The position numbers were made by a program, and so were the translations under genes. This document shows, piece after piece, positions 50,801 through 64,000 of a stretch of 64,000 nt of DNA. Every line of letters begins with the position of its first letter. The stretch's first letter is position 1. The stretch is from Fimbriosthenelais zetlandica (lineage: Eukaryota). Location: the NCBI GenBank assembly GCA_977030845.1, contig OZ365115.1, forward strand, positions 1,922,001 through 1,986,000. The letters are read 5' to 3'. The notes beneath the pieces are model-generated. The model was not told the DNA's origin. It saw only the letters and a program-made list of their open reading frames with translations, and did not search any database.

Positions 50801-53800
50801 ACGCCCGAGTTTACACCTGTAATTAATATACAGATTCATTAACATGACGCCAGAGTTTACACCTGTAATTAATATACAGATTCATTAACATGACGCCCGA
50901 GTTTACACCTGTAATTAATATACAGATTCATTAACATGACGCCCGAGTTTACACCTGTAATTAATATACAGATTCATTAACATGACGCCCGAGTTTACAC
51001 CTGTAATTAATATACAGATTCATTAACATGACGCCCGAGTTTACACCTGTAATTAATATACAGATTCATTAACATGACGCCCGAGTTTACACCTGTAATT
51101 AATATACAGATTCATTAACATGACGCCAGAGTTTACACCTGTAATTAATATACAGATTCATTAACATGACGCCCGAGTTTACACCTGTAATTAATATACA
51201 GATTCATTAACATGACGCCCGAGTTTACACCTGTAATTAATATACAGATTCATTAACATGACGCCCGAGTTTACACCTGTAATTAATATACAGATTCATC
51301 AACATGACGCCCGAGTTTACACCTGTAATTAATATACAGATTCATTAACATGACGCCCGAGTTTACACCTGTAATTAATATACAGATTCATTAACATGAC
51401 GCCAGAGTTTACACCTGTAATTAATATACAGATTCATTAACATGACGCCCGAGTTTACACCTGTAATTAATATACAGATTCATTAACATGACGCCCGAGT
51501 TTACACCTGTAATTAATATACAGATTCATTAACATGACGCCCGAGTTTACACCTGTAATTAATATACAGATTCATTAACATGACGCCCGAGTTTACACCT
51601 GTAATTAATATACAGATTCATTAACATGACGCCCGAGTTTACACCTGTAATTAATATACAGATTCATCAACATGACGCCCGAGTTTACACCTGTAATTAA
51701 TATACAGATTCATTAACATGACGCCCGAGTTTACACCTGTAATTAATATACAGATTCATTAACATGACGCCCGAGTTTACACCTGTAATTAATATACAGA
51801 TTCATTAACATGACGCCAGAGTTTACACCTGTAATTAATATACAGATTCATTAACATGACGCCCGAGTTTACACCTGTAATTAATATACAGATTCATTAA
51901 CATGACGCCCGAGTTTACACCTGTAATTAATATACAGATTCATTAACATGACGCCCGAGTTTACACCTGTAATTAATATACAGATTCATTAACATGACGC
52001 CCGAGTTTACACCTGTAATTAATATACAGATTCATTAACATGACGCCCGAGTTTACACCTGTAATTAATATACAGATTCATTAACATGACGCCAGAGTTT
52101 ACACCTGTAATTAATATACAGATTCATTAACATGACGCCCGAGTTTACACCTGTATTTAATATACAGATTCATTAACATGACGCCAGAGTTTACACCTGT
52201 AATTAATATACAGATTCATCAACATGACGCCCGAGTTTACACCTGTAATTAATATACAGATTCATTAACATGACGCCCGAGTTTACACCTGTAATTAATA
52301 TACAGATTCATTAACATGACGCCAGAGTTTACACCTGTAATTAATATACAGATTCATTAACATGACGCCAGAGTTTACACCTGTAATTAATATACAGATT
52401 CATTAACATGACGCCCGAGTTTACACCTGTATTTAATATACAGATTCATCAACATGACGCCCGAGTTTACACCTGTAATGAATATACAGGTGATTAATAC
52501 AGGTAAATACAGGTGATTAATACAGGTACCGCAACATCACACCTGAGTTCACACCTGTAATTAATACAGGTAAATGAAGATAGGTTAATCTGATTGTATG
52601 TAGATTATAGACCTGTCTATATCATGTATTCAGGGTAGATGTATGATACATGGGACCAGGCTGATGGTTTATGTATAGACCATGTTCCTACATATAAACC
52701 TCTCACAGTATGTTAATACAGCTGTACATGTTACCTGGCTCTATGAGACAACTATATGTATACATATATATACACCTATCTATATGGATATGGCAATAAC
52801 AGTAGTGGTGGGGTTGGTGGTCCTATAACACCTCAATACACACCCCCACTCTTACTGCTCACATTCCTCAAGGCCATGTTTTGTCCACAGAGAATGTCAG
52901 CAACTTTCATGAAAAACTGACAGCATTCTGAGAAGAAAGGATAGAATTTCGAAAAGATAAATACTGGGGACATAAACCTGGCAATTTGTTGGACCTTTCA
53001 AGATGTGTCTCAATGATTAATCATTAAAAGCAATGAACCCCACTTTAAGGTGGACTGCAGAATATTTTAAATTAAATTAAATAACTTATTAATTAATTAC
53101 TTTAAATAAATTAACTGACTGACCTAGCGGTGGGTAGTAGGGATCAATAATTAATTAAATGACTGACCTAGCGGTGGGTAGTAGGGGTTAATAATTAATT
53201 AAATGACTGACCTAGCGGTGGGTAGTAGGGGTTAATAATTAATTAAATGACTGACCTAGCGGTGGGTAGTAGGGGTTAATAATTAATTAAATGACTGACC
53301 TAGCGGTGGGTAGTAGGGGTTAATAATTAAGTCATTAATTAGGTAAATGACTGACCTAGCGGTGGGTAGTAGGGGTGGCGGGCGAACCTGTTGTACCAGC
53401 CTATGTTACCGTCCTCGTGTTCCGGCGTTAGGGCGGCGATCTGTGAGCTGTTAAACAAGGTGAAGAACATCCAGATGTCTTCAGGTGGAGTCAGGAACAG
53501 GATGTCCGTATCCAGGTACAGGACGGCGTCCTCGTCAGGCAGGATCTCCTGATAAAATTAATATTTTTTCAATTTTAATTGCTGAGCATAAAAAAGGTTG
53601 ATTTTCAAGAAAAATTATAAACGATGTCATTAACACAAAAAGGCAGACACTCCTGAGAGAACCAGGGATATTTTTGTTCAAATTTTAATCCCTGATCATA
53701 ATTAAAATGTTAATATTCAATTTACCAATGATCTCTGACCCCATGGTTAAATTATGGTAGAGTATATTAGCATAACAAGGTGAATGAATGAATTCTGTTC

Positions 53801-54110
53801 AATGTCCTATATGATGGAATAAAAGGTAAAGATTGCTGCTTCTGTTTTTAACAACTAATCAGTCACTCACCCTCATCCCCCCACCTCACTCACTCACCCC
53901 CCACCCCTCAGCACCCCCCCCCCCTCACTCACCCCCCCCCCCTCACCCCCTCATTGTGGTTTTCATGACGGTACTTACTGGTAGGAAGAGTCTCTGGGAG
54001 GCGCATGGTTTGAAGAGCGTCTTCCACTCTCCACTGTTGTGTTTAGGGAAGGAGAGCGGGCGGACTTTATACGTGGTGTACTGTAATGCTTCAGGTGGCC
54101 AGGCTGAGAG
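47894..54110 (-). CDS. GXYLT: Glucoside xylosyltransferase (GT8 family, GXYLT1/2 orthologue), 3' five exons
   Basis: Exons 54110-53979, 53548-53356, 49824-49675, 48621-48449, 48070-47894 (TAA). Motifs [22 protein letters not shown] (DxD), [52 protein letters not shown]...KQPAFKAIY. Upstream exons not recognised within 54111-64000. Confidence 0.93.
49378..49674 (-). repeat. 20-bp tandem array (~15 copies) of GXYLT donor site
   Basis: Unit aactcacctggcaggtaatg; minus strand CCAG|GTGAGTT in every copy. Confidence 0.92.
49791..52570 (-). repeat. 46-bp tandem array (~55 copies) of GXYLT acceptor plus first 10 codons of the exon
   Basis: Unit gattcattaacatgacgcccgagtttacacctgtaattaatataca; minus strand TGTATATTAATTACAG|GTGTAAACTCGGGCGTCATGTTAATGAATC ([10 protein letters not shown]). 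Confidence 0.97.
53110..53380 (-). repeat. 44-bp tandem array (~6 copies) of GXYLT exon 3' end plus donor
   Basis: Unit aaatgactgacctagcggtgggtagtaggggttaataattaatt; minus strand CCCTACTACCCACCGCTAG|GTCAGT (PYYPPL). Confidence 0.92.
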
Positions 54111-54756
54111 CTGGAAAACATAACGTGAATAACGCATTAATAACAGATTAATAACAGGCTGAGAGCTGGAAAACATAACGTGAATAACGCATAAATAAGA
54201 TAAATAACAGATTAATAACGCATAAATAACAGATTAATAAATTAAGACATGAATAACGTATATGTCAGGATTAGGAAGAAACAAGCTATCAACACACAAA
54301 GCTCTGCTCTTATAGAATGGCAACGATATTCTTTTACATATATACTCAGCACTGAGAGAGAGAGAGACATGGCTGGCCCTTTACATGCCTCTCACAACAA
54401 ATTATGAGAGACATGGCTGGCCTTTGATATCAGTTAGCAGCACTGAGCAAAGAAGGGTAATGGCAAATTTGAAGAATAACATAACGTCATTTTATAGTCT
54501 ATCCGCATAGCTTACACAAAGTGGGGTAGCAGTAATCGTTTTTTTCTACCCACAATGTCTGTGAGGAGAAATGAATGTTTTCTGTGCTTCTGTGGCCGCC
54601 CGCCCATTTATTTTTATGAGAGGAAGAATGGCTGAGTGCATTAAGGAGTTTTGTGTTGGTAATTAAATAGCACGACCTGACCGTACTACTGGCTACAACT
54701 ACAGGCATTTCATAACAGATATTATAACCATATGAAACGTGACGCCCAGGTATTAA

Positions 54757-54960
54757 AGCCGGGACTCCACTGCTGCGATTTTGCTTGCGACACGACTGCG
54801 ACAAAGGTGATGCTTGTGAAGTTGTGTAAGAATAAAATTTATAAATTATGGTTCAAGTATCTAAGGCCTTAAGGCCAATGGTACATTTATCATTGAAACA
54901 CAAGCATCACCTTTGTCGCGGACGTGTCGCAAGCAAAATCGCATCAGTGGAGTCCCGGCT
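54757..54960. mobile_element. Foldback MITE with ~60-bp terminal inverted repeats
   Basis: AGCCGGGACTCCACTG...GATGCTTGTG (54757-54820) is mirrored at ~54899-54960; flanks TTAA / TTAT. Confidence 0.75.
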
Positions 54961-56959
54961 TTATTCTTGCATCAAAATATTTACATCACATTTGTGTTGT
55001 TTCACATCAATATATCTAAATCAAAGCATAATGCCCTGAATGCCTGGAGGCATCAAAGACCAACACAGAGCTTCATAGTGAAGGCTGCCGCGTCTCAGAT
55101 GTAAACCACTGCTTCTACCCTTATAAAGGCAGGCCCACACTGAGGCGATTAAACCACTGCTTCTACCTCTATAAAGACAGGCCCACTACAAAATCTTTGT
55201 TGGTCTATGGAACATTTTGTTGCGGCTAAGCTGGAAGGATTTGCCATAGATCTCCAAAAGATATATTTCAAACACTGGCACAGAATTAGACTGGCACAAG
55301 CCTTTGATTCTTTTATTATGGTAAAATTAACCAATAATAAAACTTAGCATTTTGATACCATTCCTGAGGACTATGCCTCAGGAGGAGGCACGATTAAGTC
55401 ACAAGGACGAGCGCTCGTCTAGCAATGTATGAAGACCAAATATACGTTGATATTTGTCGTTGGCATTCCATGGACACTTGTATGTGTGGGCCATGCTTTA
55501 CACGTACACTCTGGCTCATAGAATTTAAGTATTTATGGAGTGAGAGTGGAGCCTGGGGACATGGGAAAGTGTGATGGGGTGAGGTAGGTGGAGGTGGGGG
55601 GCGGGGAGGTGGGAGGGGGGGGGGGGAGGGTGTTGTAGTGTGTACAAGATACATTTTTATATTCGCATACACAGGGTTCTGACTATTTCAATGGAGGTAG
55701 GCTTCCCTGATGGTTTGCCAAAATTCCAGGATGATTACCTGGACCTAATTCTATTTTAGGCATCTTCAATTTAGTCCACTAGTTAAACTAACATGGACCA
55801 GGTTCCCTGATTTAAGGCATTTTTATACATCAAAATCCGTGATTTTTTCACTGGAATATGAGAAGACTTTCCCCCTGATTTTGCCGGATTGCTGGGAAGG
55901 TATAGGGGAAGGGGGGGGGGGGGGAGGTAGGGGAGAGGGTGGGAAAGGTAGGGGAAGGGATGGTTAAGTATATACATGGTATAAGTGTTGATAATATTGC
56001 CCCCCTCTCTACCTTCCCCACTCCTCCTCCTCCTCCTCCAGCCCCTCCAGCTAAACCATACAACACAAAGATGACGTTATGAATAATTAAAACGAGAAAA
56101 AGCGGCGGGAGTAGGGATTAACTTCCCATAGACGCGTCCTCATATTAGCTCTATATAATGTATACAGTAAACTCACATAATATAGGCGGTAATGGACCGT
56201 AAACTCATAGAATAAAATGGCAAGTAATTGATCGTAAACTCTCTTATAAATAATACAGCATTATTTACCGTAAATTCTCATAATAATATATACACTAATA
56301 TATACTGGAAATTCATGTAAAATAGCCACACAAATATAGCCTCTATCAAAATCAACAAGGTGAACTTTTAAGTCCAAGTTGTAACAGTGCTCAACGAAAT
56401 TGCCAGTTTATTTTGGGTGAATTAAGGTAATATTTTGGGATGTGAGATGTAAATATTTGATACCATATTTCCAGTGTAATGTGATACAATATGGGTTTGT
56501 GTACCTGATGTTTGGATCGTTTAGACCTAACAAAGTTAAGACAGGATCAGATCTAACAGCATTAAGACAGGATCAGATTGATCCAGCTCAGGTGCTACTC
56601 AGTACACCTCATTTAGACGCTAGAAAGAAAAACTCATTAATTTAATAATATACACCGACATTCCATCAATATGTACATTCCATCAAGGCCGCATGAGCGG
56701 AGGATGGAATAAGACATCAATGTTATATGATCTTAACAGCTGAGCTTCATCAAGACACCAAACAATAACATGTAGACATCAGTCAGCAATACAAAACACT
56801 GAGATGTCAAACAACACCTCATATTACCGTAAAGTCTATAATAACACCTCATATTACCGTAAAGTCCATAATAACATCACACATCAACTCTCTCCCCCAG
56901 TGCTGTTAGCTGACAAGCCATGTATCTACTATACCATCTGCACTGAGTAAAGTGAGAGG

Positions 56960-57640
56960 TATTGAGTGACATGCAAAAGGCCAGCCATGTCTCCTACTGT
57001 CTGTGGTGAGAGGCAAGTAAAAGGCCAGCCATGTCTCCCACTGTCTATGGTGAGAGGCATGTAAAAGGCCAGCCATGTCTCCCACTGTCTATAGTGAGAG
57101 GCATGTAAAAGGCCAGCCATGTCTCCTACTGTCTGTGGTGAGAGGCAAGTAAAAGGCCAGCCATGTCTCCCACTGTCTATGGTGAGAGGCATGTAAAAGG
57201 CCAGCCATGTCTCCCACTGTCTATAGTGAGAGGCATGTAAAAGGCCAGCCATGTCTCCCACTGTCTGTGGTGAGAGGTATGTAAAGGCCAGCCATGTCTC
57301 CCACTGTCTGTGGTGAGAGGTATGTAAAGGCCAGCCATGTCTCCCACTGTCTGTGGTGAGAGGCATGTAAAGGCCAGCCATGTCTCCCACTGTCTGTGGG
57401 GAGAGGCATGTAAAAGGCCAGCCATGTCTCCCAATGTATGTGGTGAGAGGCATGTAAAAGGCCAGCCATGTCTCCCACTGTCTGTGGTGAGAGGCATGTA
57501 AAAGGTCAGCCATGTCTTCCACTGTCTGTGGTGAGAGGTAATATAAAAGCCTAGCCATGTCTCCCACTGTCTGTGGTGAGAGGCATGTAAAAGGCCAGCC
57601 ATGTCTCCCACTGTCTGTGGTGAGAGGCATGTAAGAGAAC
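56960..57640. repeat. 44-45-bp minisatellite (~15 copies) expanded within a dispersed repeat family
   Basis: Unit aaggccagccatgtctcccactgtctgtggtgagaggcatgtaa(a); same family, opposite orientation, at ~49228-49375, ~54360-54480, ~60900-61100, ~63190-63300. Explains ORFs 56929..57630, 57177..57611, 57221..57478. Confidence 0.9.
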
Positions 57641-60600
57641 CATTGCCATGTGAGAAGAGTGGGCTATTGGACCAATACTGGCTGTTTTGGCAAAAGTAAA
57701 CTCAAATCAACCAACTACTAAGTGTGTGAGTAGAGACTTTACGGCGGACTATAAGAAGCTCAGAGCTTGTATTGTCCTCTCACTACTAACGTTAAGGTAT
57801 TGAGTAACGATCGTTAAGACACAGATCAAACAGAAGGAGGACAGAGCAGGTGTTGAAGACCCGGATCGAAAGGTTCTTAACAAAAAAAACACATCACAAC
57901 ATAACTTTACTGTTAGTAGAGGTGGGGGCGCCTCCCGCTAGGCGGCAGCCAGCTCTGATCATGAGGGGTTTACTGTAGTTATATGTTATACATTTATTCT
58001 CTGTTAACAAAGACAAGGGGGGTTAGATGGGGGCTAGACCCTGATCTGAGGTTTAGCCTGGCTCTTGTGACTACTCCACTTTGATCTAGATGTAAAGTTT
58101 TAGTTTATATTCCTCACACATAAAGGTTCTCCTAACAAAGCTGATCTGGGGTCAAAAGTCACAAACATACAGTCAACATAAATACACGTGATCTTTTGAA
58201 ATCATTAACTTCATTTAAAATGCAGCACTGTATCCATGGGAAATACTTAATAATATTTGTTTTGGCTCTAAATTCACTTCTCTATAGTGGGAACGCAACA
58301 TAAGAAATATAGTTCTATATGTCTACATTGGGATTAAAAATCCCAGATAAATGTCCAATGAAATCAACTTCACTTAAATTATAATATTTTGTATTTAGTT
58401 CGAATCTTTATAGATAATAAAAGCTATATATTTTGCATGGGTCCTCAGAATTTTAAATTCCATTTTCAGATAAAAGTTCTTTAATGAGAATCAAGACGAA
58501 TCCCAGTAAGAATGTCTCCACACTGGACCTATAAATGAATTTATAATATGCCAGCAGGGAGATTCAGTTTTAGTTTTAGTTTTAAGTTTTATTATGAAGC
58601 ATGATTTAATGGAGGGCTGCAGGTAGCGAGATGACAAGAGGGGATAAAAAGGTACATCCCCAGGGAGGAGAGAGGAGGAGGGGAGGGAAAAACAGGGGGA
58701 GATGGATGATCCATCCTGAAGCTAGGTGGGGGAGGGGGAGGAGGGGAGGAGGGGAGGAGGAGGGGGAATTATAATGCTCGTACTAATAAAGGTGGAGTGG
58801 ATGGAAAGAAGGAAAGAAGCAGGGAAGGGAGGGCAAAGAGACAGGGAAGAGAATGGCTTGGAAGGAGGAACAATTTGGTATTTGTTTAATATCCATTCAG
58901 CTTCTTCAGTTGTCTCAAGACGAGAAGGAAACACGCTATCGACACACAATATACTGCTCTTCTATATGATCGACTATTCTTTCTCTCACGGGAATAAATG
59001 TTATTCTGTTTATAAAGTTAAACACATCGACCTTGTGTACACATTTACACGACTATAGACCTGAACCCTGGCTATACCATCAACCCTCAACACACCCGAA
59101 CCCACGAGTTGTCATGGCAACCAAACAATCCCTGCCACTATGGTTACCCAGACAACGGTGTGTAAAGTAGGGGGTCAATATAGCAGGGATTAGCGGCACG
59201 GGAGTTACCTTGGATACAGAGATTAACTCTGTATGTTACCATGGGTACAGAGATTAACTCTGTATGACTTAGTCAGGGGATCAGGCCTGGGGGATGAGTG
59301 GGTTTTCTTGTAACAGGATCTACTCATCTCACAACATATTTATTTTCATATTTGAGCTCAATATGAGACCTACTACTTTCTATCTACTTTCTATAAGGAA
59401 CACCTCCATATATAGAGAACATTTCTTCTCAATACTAAGTTCCTGGAGAGTCTTACACAGTTCCCTCTGATTATCATTAAGGATAGAGAACTTATTTTAT
59501 CAATTCCAAGTTCTTGAGGTGTCTTTAAATATGTACAGCTCCCTCTGATTAAGGAACACTTACTTTATAGTGAACACTGTTCACAGTCCACCAAGTGTTC
59601 ACTATATTAATGAGGTTTGATTGTAGCTGTGTAAATGACTGGCATAAGTAATCAGCCTTAATTAGCCAGATCTTAATTAACACTTTGAGGAAGGTAGAAA
59701 GTGAAAAGCTGTGCACAGATAATTACCTGCAGAGAAAAGTACAAGATACAGAGAGTTGTATTTAAGTGTTATATCATTAGAACGAGGAGGATGTCAACTA
59801 TACAGTATAGTCTCCCACTAAACAACTATGGGACAGAAAATATTGTGCCAGTATAGTAGGACTGTCACTTAACTGAATATTTATGTGAAATGTGTTGGTG
59901 TATATATGCAGGTAGTGTTACGCCTAGCCGTAACACTCTCTAATATAATGTTTAATGATGTTTCATAATGTTCTATAATGATTATTAATGTTTAATAATA
60001 ATAATGTTCCCCAATATCATATTTGTAAGATCAAGGAGTCATCAGCCATACTATACTTTATCCTTCATATATATATATATTCCTTTGTTCTCTACCTTCT
60101 ATATCTATGCTCCCCCTATCAGAGCGCCACCAGGCGGACATCTTTACCTGGCAGGCTCCTCCTCTATATCTATTACGTAATAGTCTCTATCGCCCCTCTC
60201 CTATACCTAACACACCCCTACCTGTCATTAATCATTCTGTCATAATCTTGGGTCCAGTGACCATTGGACATCAATGGGCCTGGACCCGCCTCTTTCTCCT
60301 CATTGGCTGTTGACCTCTGACCCTAACTTTATAAGCCCGTGTAATACCCAAGCTCACTCTTTTTGGACGCTACTTTGTAACCTAGACATCCTTCAGCCAG
60401 AGATTAAACATTACGTACATACAAAGGATCTTCTCTCATCATTCACCATCATCATACATTACCATCATCATAATATATTGTTAACTATTGTTAACAGTAG
60501 GACTAAATGAATGTTAAAATAACAGGCCTACACTGTGTGAGTTAGGTAACATGATTATAGGGGACGGTTACTTGTTGTAACAGGATTGTGTGAAGTTAAA

Positions 60601-61364
60601 CAAGGAAACATTTAACCTGGCCTGGCACACAAACTCACTCAACCATAACACCCACAGGATCCACCTCTCACTCTCTCTCTCCTCACTTCTCAATCTCACA
60701 CTCTCCCATCTACCTTCTCCTCCTCCCCTCACTCGCCCCTATCTTCTTGCTATAGCTTCTACCGTGCCTGCACTTTCTATTTCCTGGAGCTCTCTCTCCT
60801 TTAAATATCCGTGTCTCTCCCCATTTCCACCCTCTCTCTATCTCCCTATCTCTTTCAGATTCCTCGATCCCCTTTGAGTCTCTCGTATTTCCTACCTCCG
60901 TCTTTTACATGCCTCTCAATACAGTGAGAGAAATGGCAAGTCCTTTGCATGCCTCTCAATACAGATAGAGAAGTGGCTGGTCTTTTACATGCCTCTCACC
61001 ACAGACAGTGGGAGACATGGCTGGCATTTGGTATTGCAGTTAGCAGCACTGGGTAGAGAAGGTCAATGGCAAATATGGAGAATGCTTTGGGAATTGCACT
61101 AGCGACCTCCCACATTCGAGTTGAGTCGAACAAACTAAGCGTAAAATACTGAGTGTAAGGGCTTGCAGTGCACAGCCCATTGGTGATTACCTGCATGCCC
61201 GTTACCTGCATGCTTTCTACTCTAGCCAGGCAGACGGTTTCCATGGTTACCATGTCAGTAATTAACCTGGTTGATTAATGATCACGTGGTAGGAGGGTAA
61301 AATGTCTGGTAGCGGAGGTCGATTAACTGACCTTTAACTGAGAGCGTCCTCAATTATGTATGAC

Positions 61365-61480
61365 CTTCATTTACTACAGATATGACCTTCATTCACTACA
61401 GATATGACCTTCATTTACTACAGATATGACCTTCATTTACTACAGATATGACCTTCATTCACTACAGTTATGACCTTCAT
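61365..61480. repeat. 22-bp minisatellite, ~5 copies
   Basis: Unit tatgaccttcatttactacaga. Confidence 0.85.
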
Positions 61481-62009
61481 TCCCAGGTCAAGGTCACCCC
61501 CCCCCCCCCATTCCTGCCCCCCACCATACGCAATCATGGTGTCGTAAGCATCTAAGGTGTTATGGTGGGAGGACATTCTCTTTCAGATATTTCTTTATTT
61601 TTCTTTCTACTGTAATTGGCATGGTGAAGGATCAGGTTACCAATTTGGAAAGGGTAAGGCGGTAAGGTTACATGATTCATAATTCAAATAAAATTCCCAA
61701 TTCAAAAACGGAATCAAAGTAACGCCAATTTGGCAAAGGTTCAGGTTCCGTTTGAGCTTAAATTAAAGATCAGATCGAGCACAGAATTGTTTTACAATTT
61801 AAAGTGAATTCCTAAAATGGACAGAAAATGAAATAATACCAATTCCATTGAAATTCTAGGAGGGTAGCGGTAGCATCTTTAACGAAACATACTCCAGATA
61901 TTTAAAAATGTAGTAGAACCTTTATTAATTTTCATGGATTTTTCCCCCTAATTGTCGCGGCTGTATTCATGATTGTAGTAACTGATATATTCCCCCCGTG
62001 TATCAGGGA

Positions 62010-62100
62010 GACTGGCAGCTTCAGGTAAGGCAGTCACACGTGACTGAACCAGATCAATCACGTGTGAAGCGTTGCTAGGCAACACAAGGTAAGAGGAAAT
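62010..62100 (+). promoter_or_regulatory. RFX X-box with adjacent E-box-like sites and splice donor (candidate promoter/non-coding first exon)
   Basis: GTTGCTAGGCAAC at 62071-62083, CACGTG at two nearby sites, strong donor CAAG|GTAAGA at 62088/62089. Confidence 0.45.
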
Positions 62101-64000
62101 AATTGGCGTGTGAACTCAGCGTTCAGGGAGGCAGGAGCAGAGCCAGGATTCTAGAGGGGGCGGGGTGGGTCGGGGGGGGGGCGGGGTGGGTCGGGGGGTA
62201 AAATCTCTGAAAAAGTAGCCGTGGGTCCAGCCTTGTAGCCCCAAAAATGTACTATTAGAGTAACAAACATAATCTCCGAAAGGGGGGCTGACCCCCTGCC
62301 TGATCTGCCTATGGGTGAAACTTGAGTTTCCCCTGCGCGCCCCCCCCCCCCACCCCTTGCTTCATCTGTCTCTGGGAGTTGTGTTTCCGCTGATTCAGGT
62401 ATCGACCTATCTGCTATTTACCCAGCATTGCCTGCACATGTAGCACTTATAGTAAACAAAGCCAGTGAACACATGAGTGGATGCAGATCTCTGGTTCTCA
62501 CAGTGAGCAATAGTGAGAGATCTCTGATTCTCACAGTGAGCAATAGTGAGCACTTAATCTAAACCCAGTGCATTTAGAGGACATGAGCCTCGGAAATGAA
62601 GGAACTAATTTAAAAATGTAATTTCCTTTGAAGTGGGTTTCACTAATTAAAAAGATTAGTTTCATTTTCATTCTGTGTTTGGCCCTGGGATAAAAGGCCA
62701 GGAGAATTTCAAATTAAAAGTTTAAATTGAATATTTAAAAAATTTGTTTTTAATTAGTTTCTTTGATCCTCCCCTCCCTGGGCAGTCCCTGTATGTCTGG
62801 CTGCTGTATTTTTCACTTTTTATTTTGTTTACATGCCTATGACTGGAGTTTTTGTTTTGTATTAGTGGGCTTGGTTTTATAAACACAGTATTTTAACCTT
62901 GGTTTTGTTGAGGTTTGTGATCAGTGTGGGAGACGTGTATCTGTAGCTGGTATTGATTGTATGATCTACAGCTGAGCTTAAACCACTACACAACATACCA
63001 CAGACAGATAGAGCGACAGGGAAATAGAGGACAGAGAGGTGGTGAAATAGAGGACAGAGTCGTGGGGAAGTAGAGGACAGGGACGTGGGGAAACCATACG
63101 AATGAGAAGTGGGATATGGAGAAATTGGGGGAATGAGAGAGAGGATATGGATAAGGACAGGACAGGGGGATAGAGATGGGAGCAATGGATTATTTACAGG
63201 CCTCTCATCACAGACAGCTGGGAGACATGGCCGGCCTTTGATCCCAGTTAGCAGCACTGGGTGGAGAAGAACAATGAGATATTTGGAGAAATGCGGGAGG
63301 TGGGAAGGGGAGGTAGGGGGGAGAGGGTGGGAGGGAGGGAGGAGCAGAGCGGTATCAAGATATTATCTTTGTTTAATCCTCGCTCCCATGTTATTAACTG
63401 CTCTAACACACGCAACACAAAGACCAGCAATGTACATGAACCTCGCTTAATTAATCAAATTTATGACCTCTATTACTAATTATAATTAAATGACAACTCT
63501 TGATCTCATTCCGCGGGAATTCATAATTCATCAACTGTTTGAAGTGAGTGAGAGTAGAGAGAGAAGGGGGGGGGGAGAATAGAGAGAGGAGGGGGGAGAG
63601 TAGAGAGAGGGAGAGAGAGGAGGGGGGGGGGAGAGAGTAGAGAGAGGGAGAGAGAGGAGGGGGGGGGGAGAGAGTAGAGAGAGAGAGGAGGGGGGATGAT
63701 AGGCTCTCAGTGTTAGTGAAGCCTTGTTAACGGTAGATAATACGGGTATAAGTTGAGCTGGGGTGAGAGACCAGCATGGTAAACCATCATACTGGTACTA
63801 TAAGAGACGCGAAACATTGCTTCATATCTCCAGGAATTCATGCCTTCAATTCATGGGAAGATTGAAGTTCCCATGCTATCCCAAAATTATAAATTTCTCA
63901 AGTCCACTGTTCCTGTGACTCAGGTTTTCAACTTATAAAATCGTAAACAATGATAAATCTTGGAAGAATATACAAAGAAGGTTCAAGGAAATACTCTGAA

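Noticed and set aside
49791-52570. CRISPR-like appearance of the long regular array
   Set aside because: Units are head-to-tail with no unique spacers, there are no cas genes, and the unit is a copy of a spliceosomal exon junction.
56929-57630. 233-aa and overlapping repetitive ORFs
   Set aside because: Translations of the 44-45-bp minisatellite, open in several frames, with no domain.
58722-61253. ORFs 58722..58949 and 60996..61253 as missing GXYLT 5' exons
   Set aside because: They lack the expected VACG...MLKSA...HIFAE motifs and convincing splice boundaries.

Overview
AT-rich, intron-containing animal (invertebrate-like) genomic DNA; no prokaryotic features. Splicing exons by hand recovers nine coding genes. 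In order: a divergent forkhead-box gene (+, 5' end outside the window); RNASEK (-) head-to-head with PLEKHF2/Phafin-2 (+); an SLC5 sodium/solute symporter of the SMCT/SMVT/NIS type (+); MYG1 (-), whose 10.5-kb intron 3 holds two intact, tandemly duplicated, membrane-anchored GH3-family acyl-adenylate/amido synthetase genes on the opposite strand; JMJD7 (+), head-to-head with MYG1; and the 3' five exons of a GXYLT glycosyltransferase-8 gene (-). The most unusual signals are three. (1) The nested GH3 pair, whose differences cluster in segments matching the plant GH3 acyl-acid pocket. (2) More than a dozen independent tandem duplications centred on splice junctions, including a ~55-copy 46-bp array of a GXYLT acceptor plus 10 codons; the exon-derived parts of these intronic copies vary almost only at synonymous positions. 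(3) A housekeeping-type promoter with an 80-aa CxxC ORF nested in SLC5 intron 2. Exon coordinates and family calls are from manual translation and recalled motifs, not database searches.
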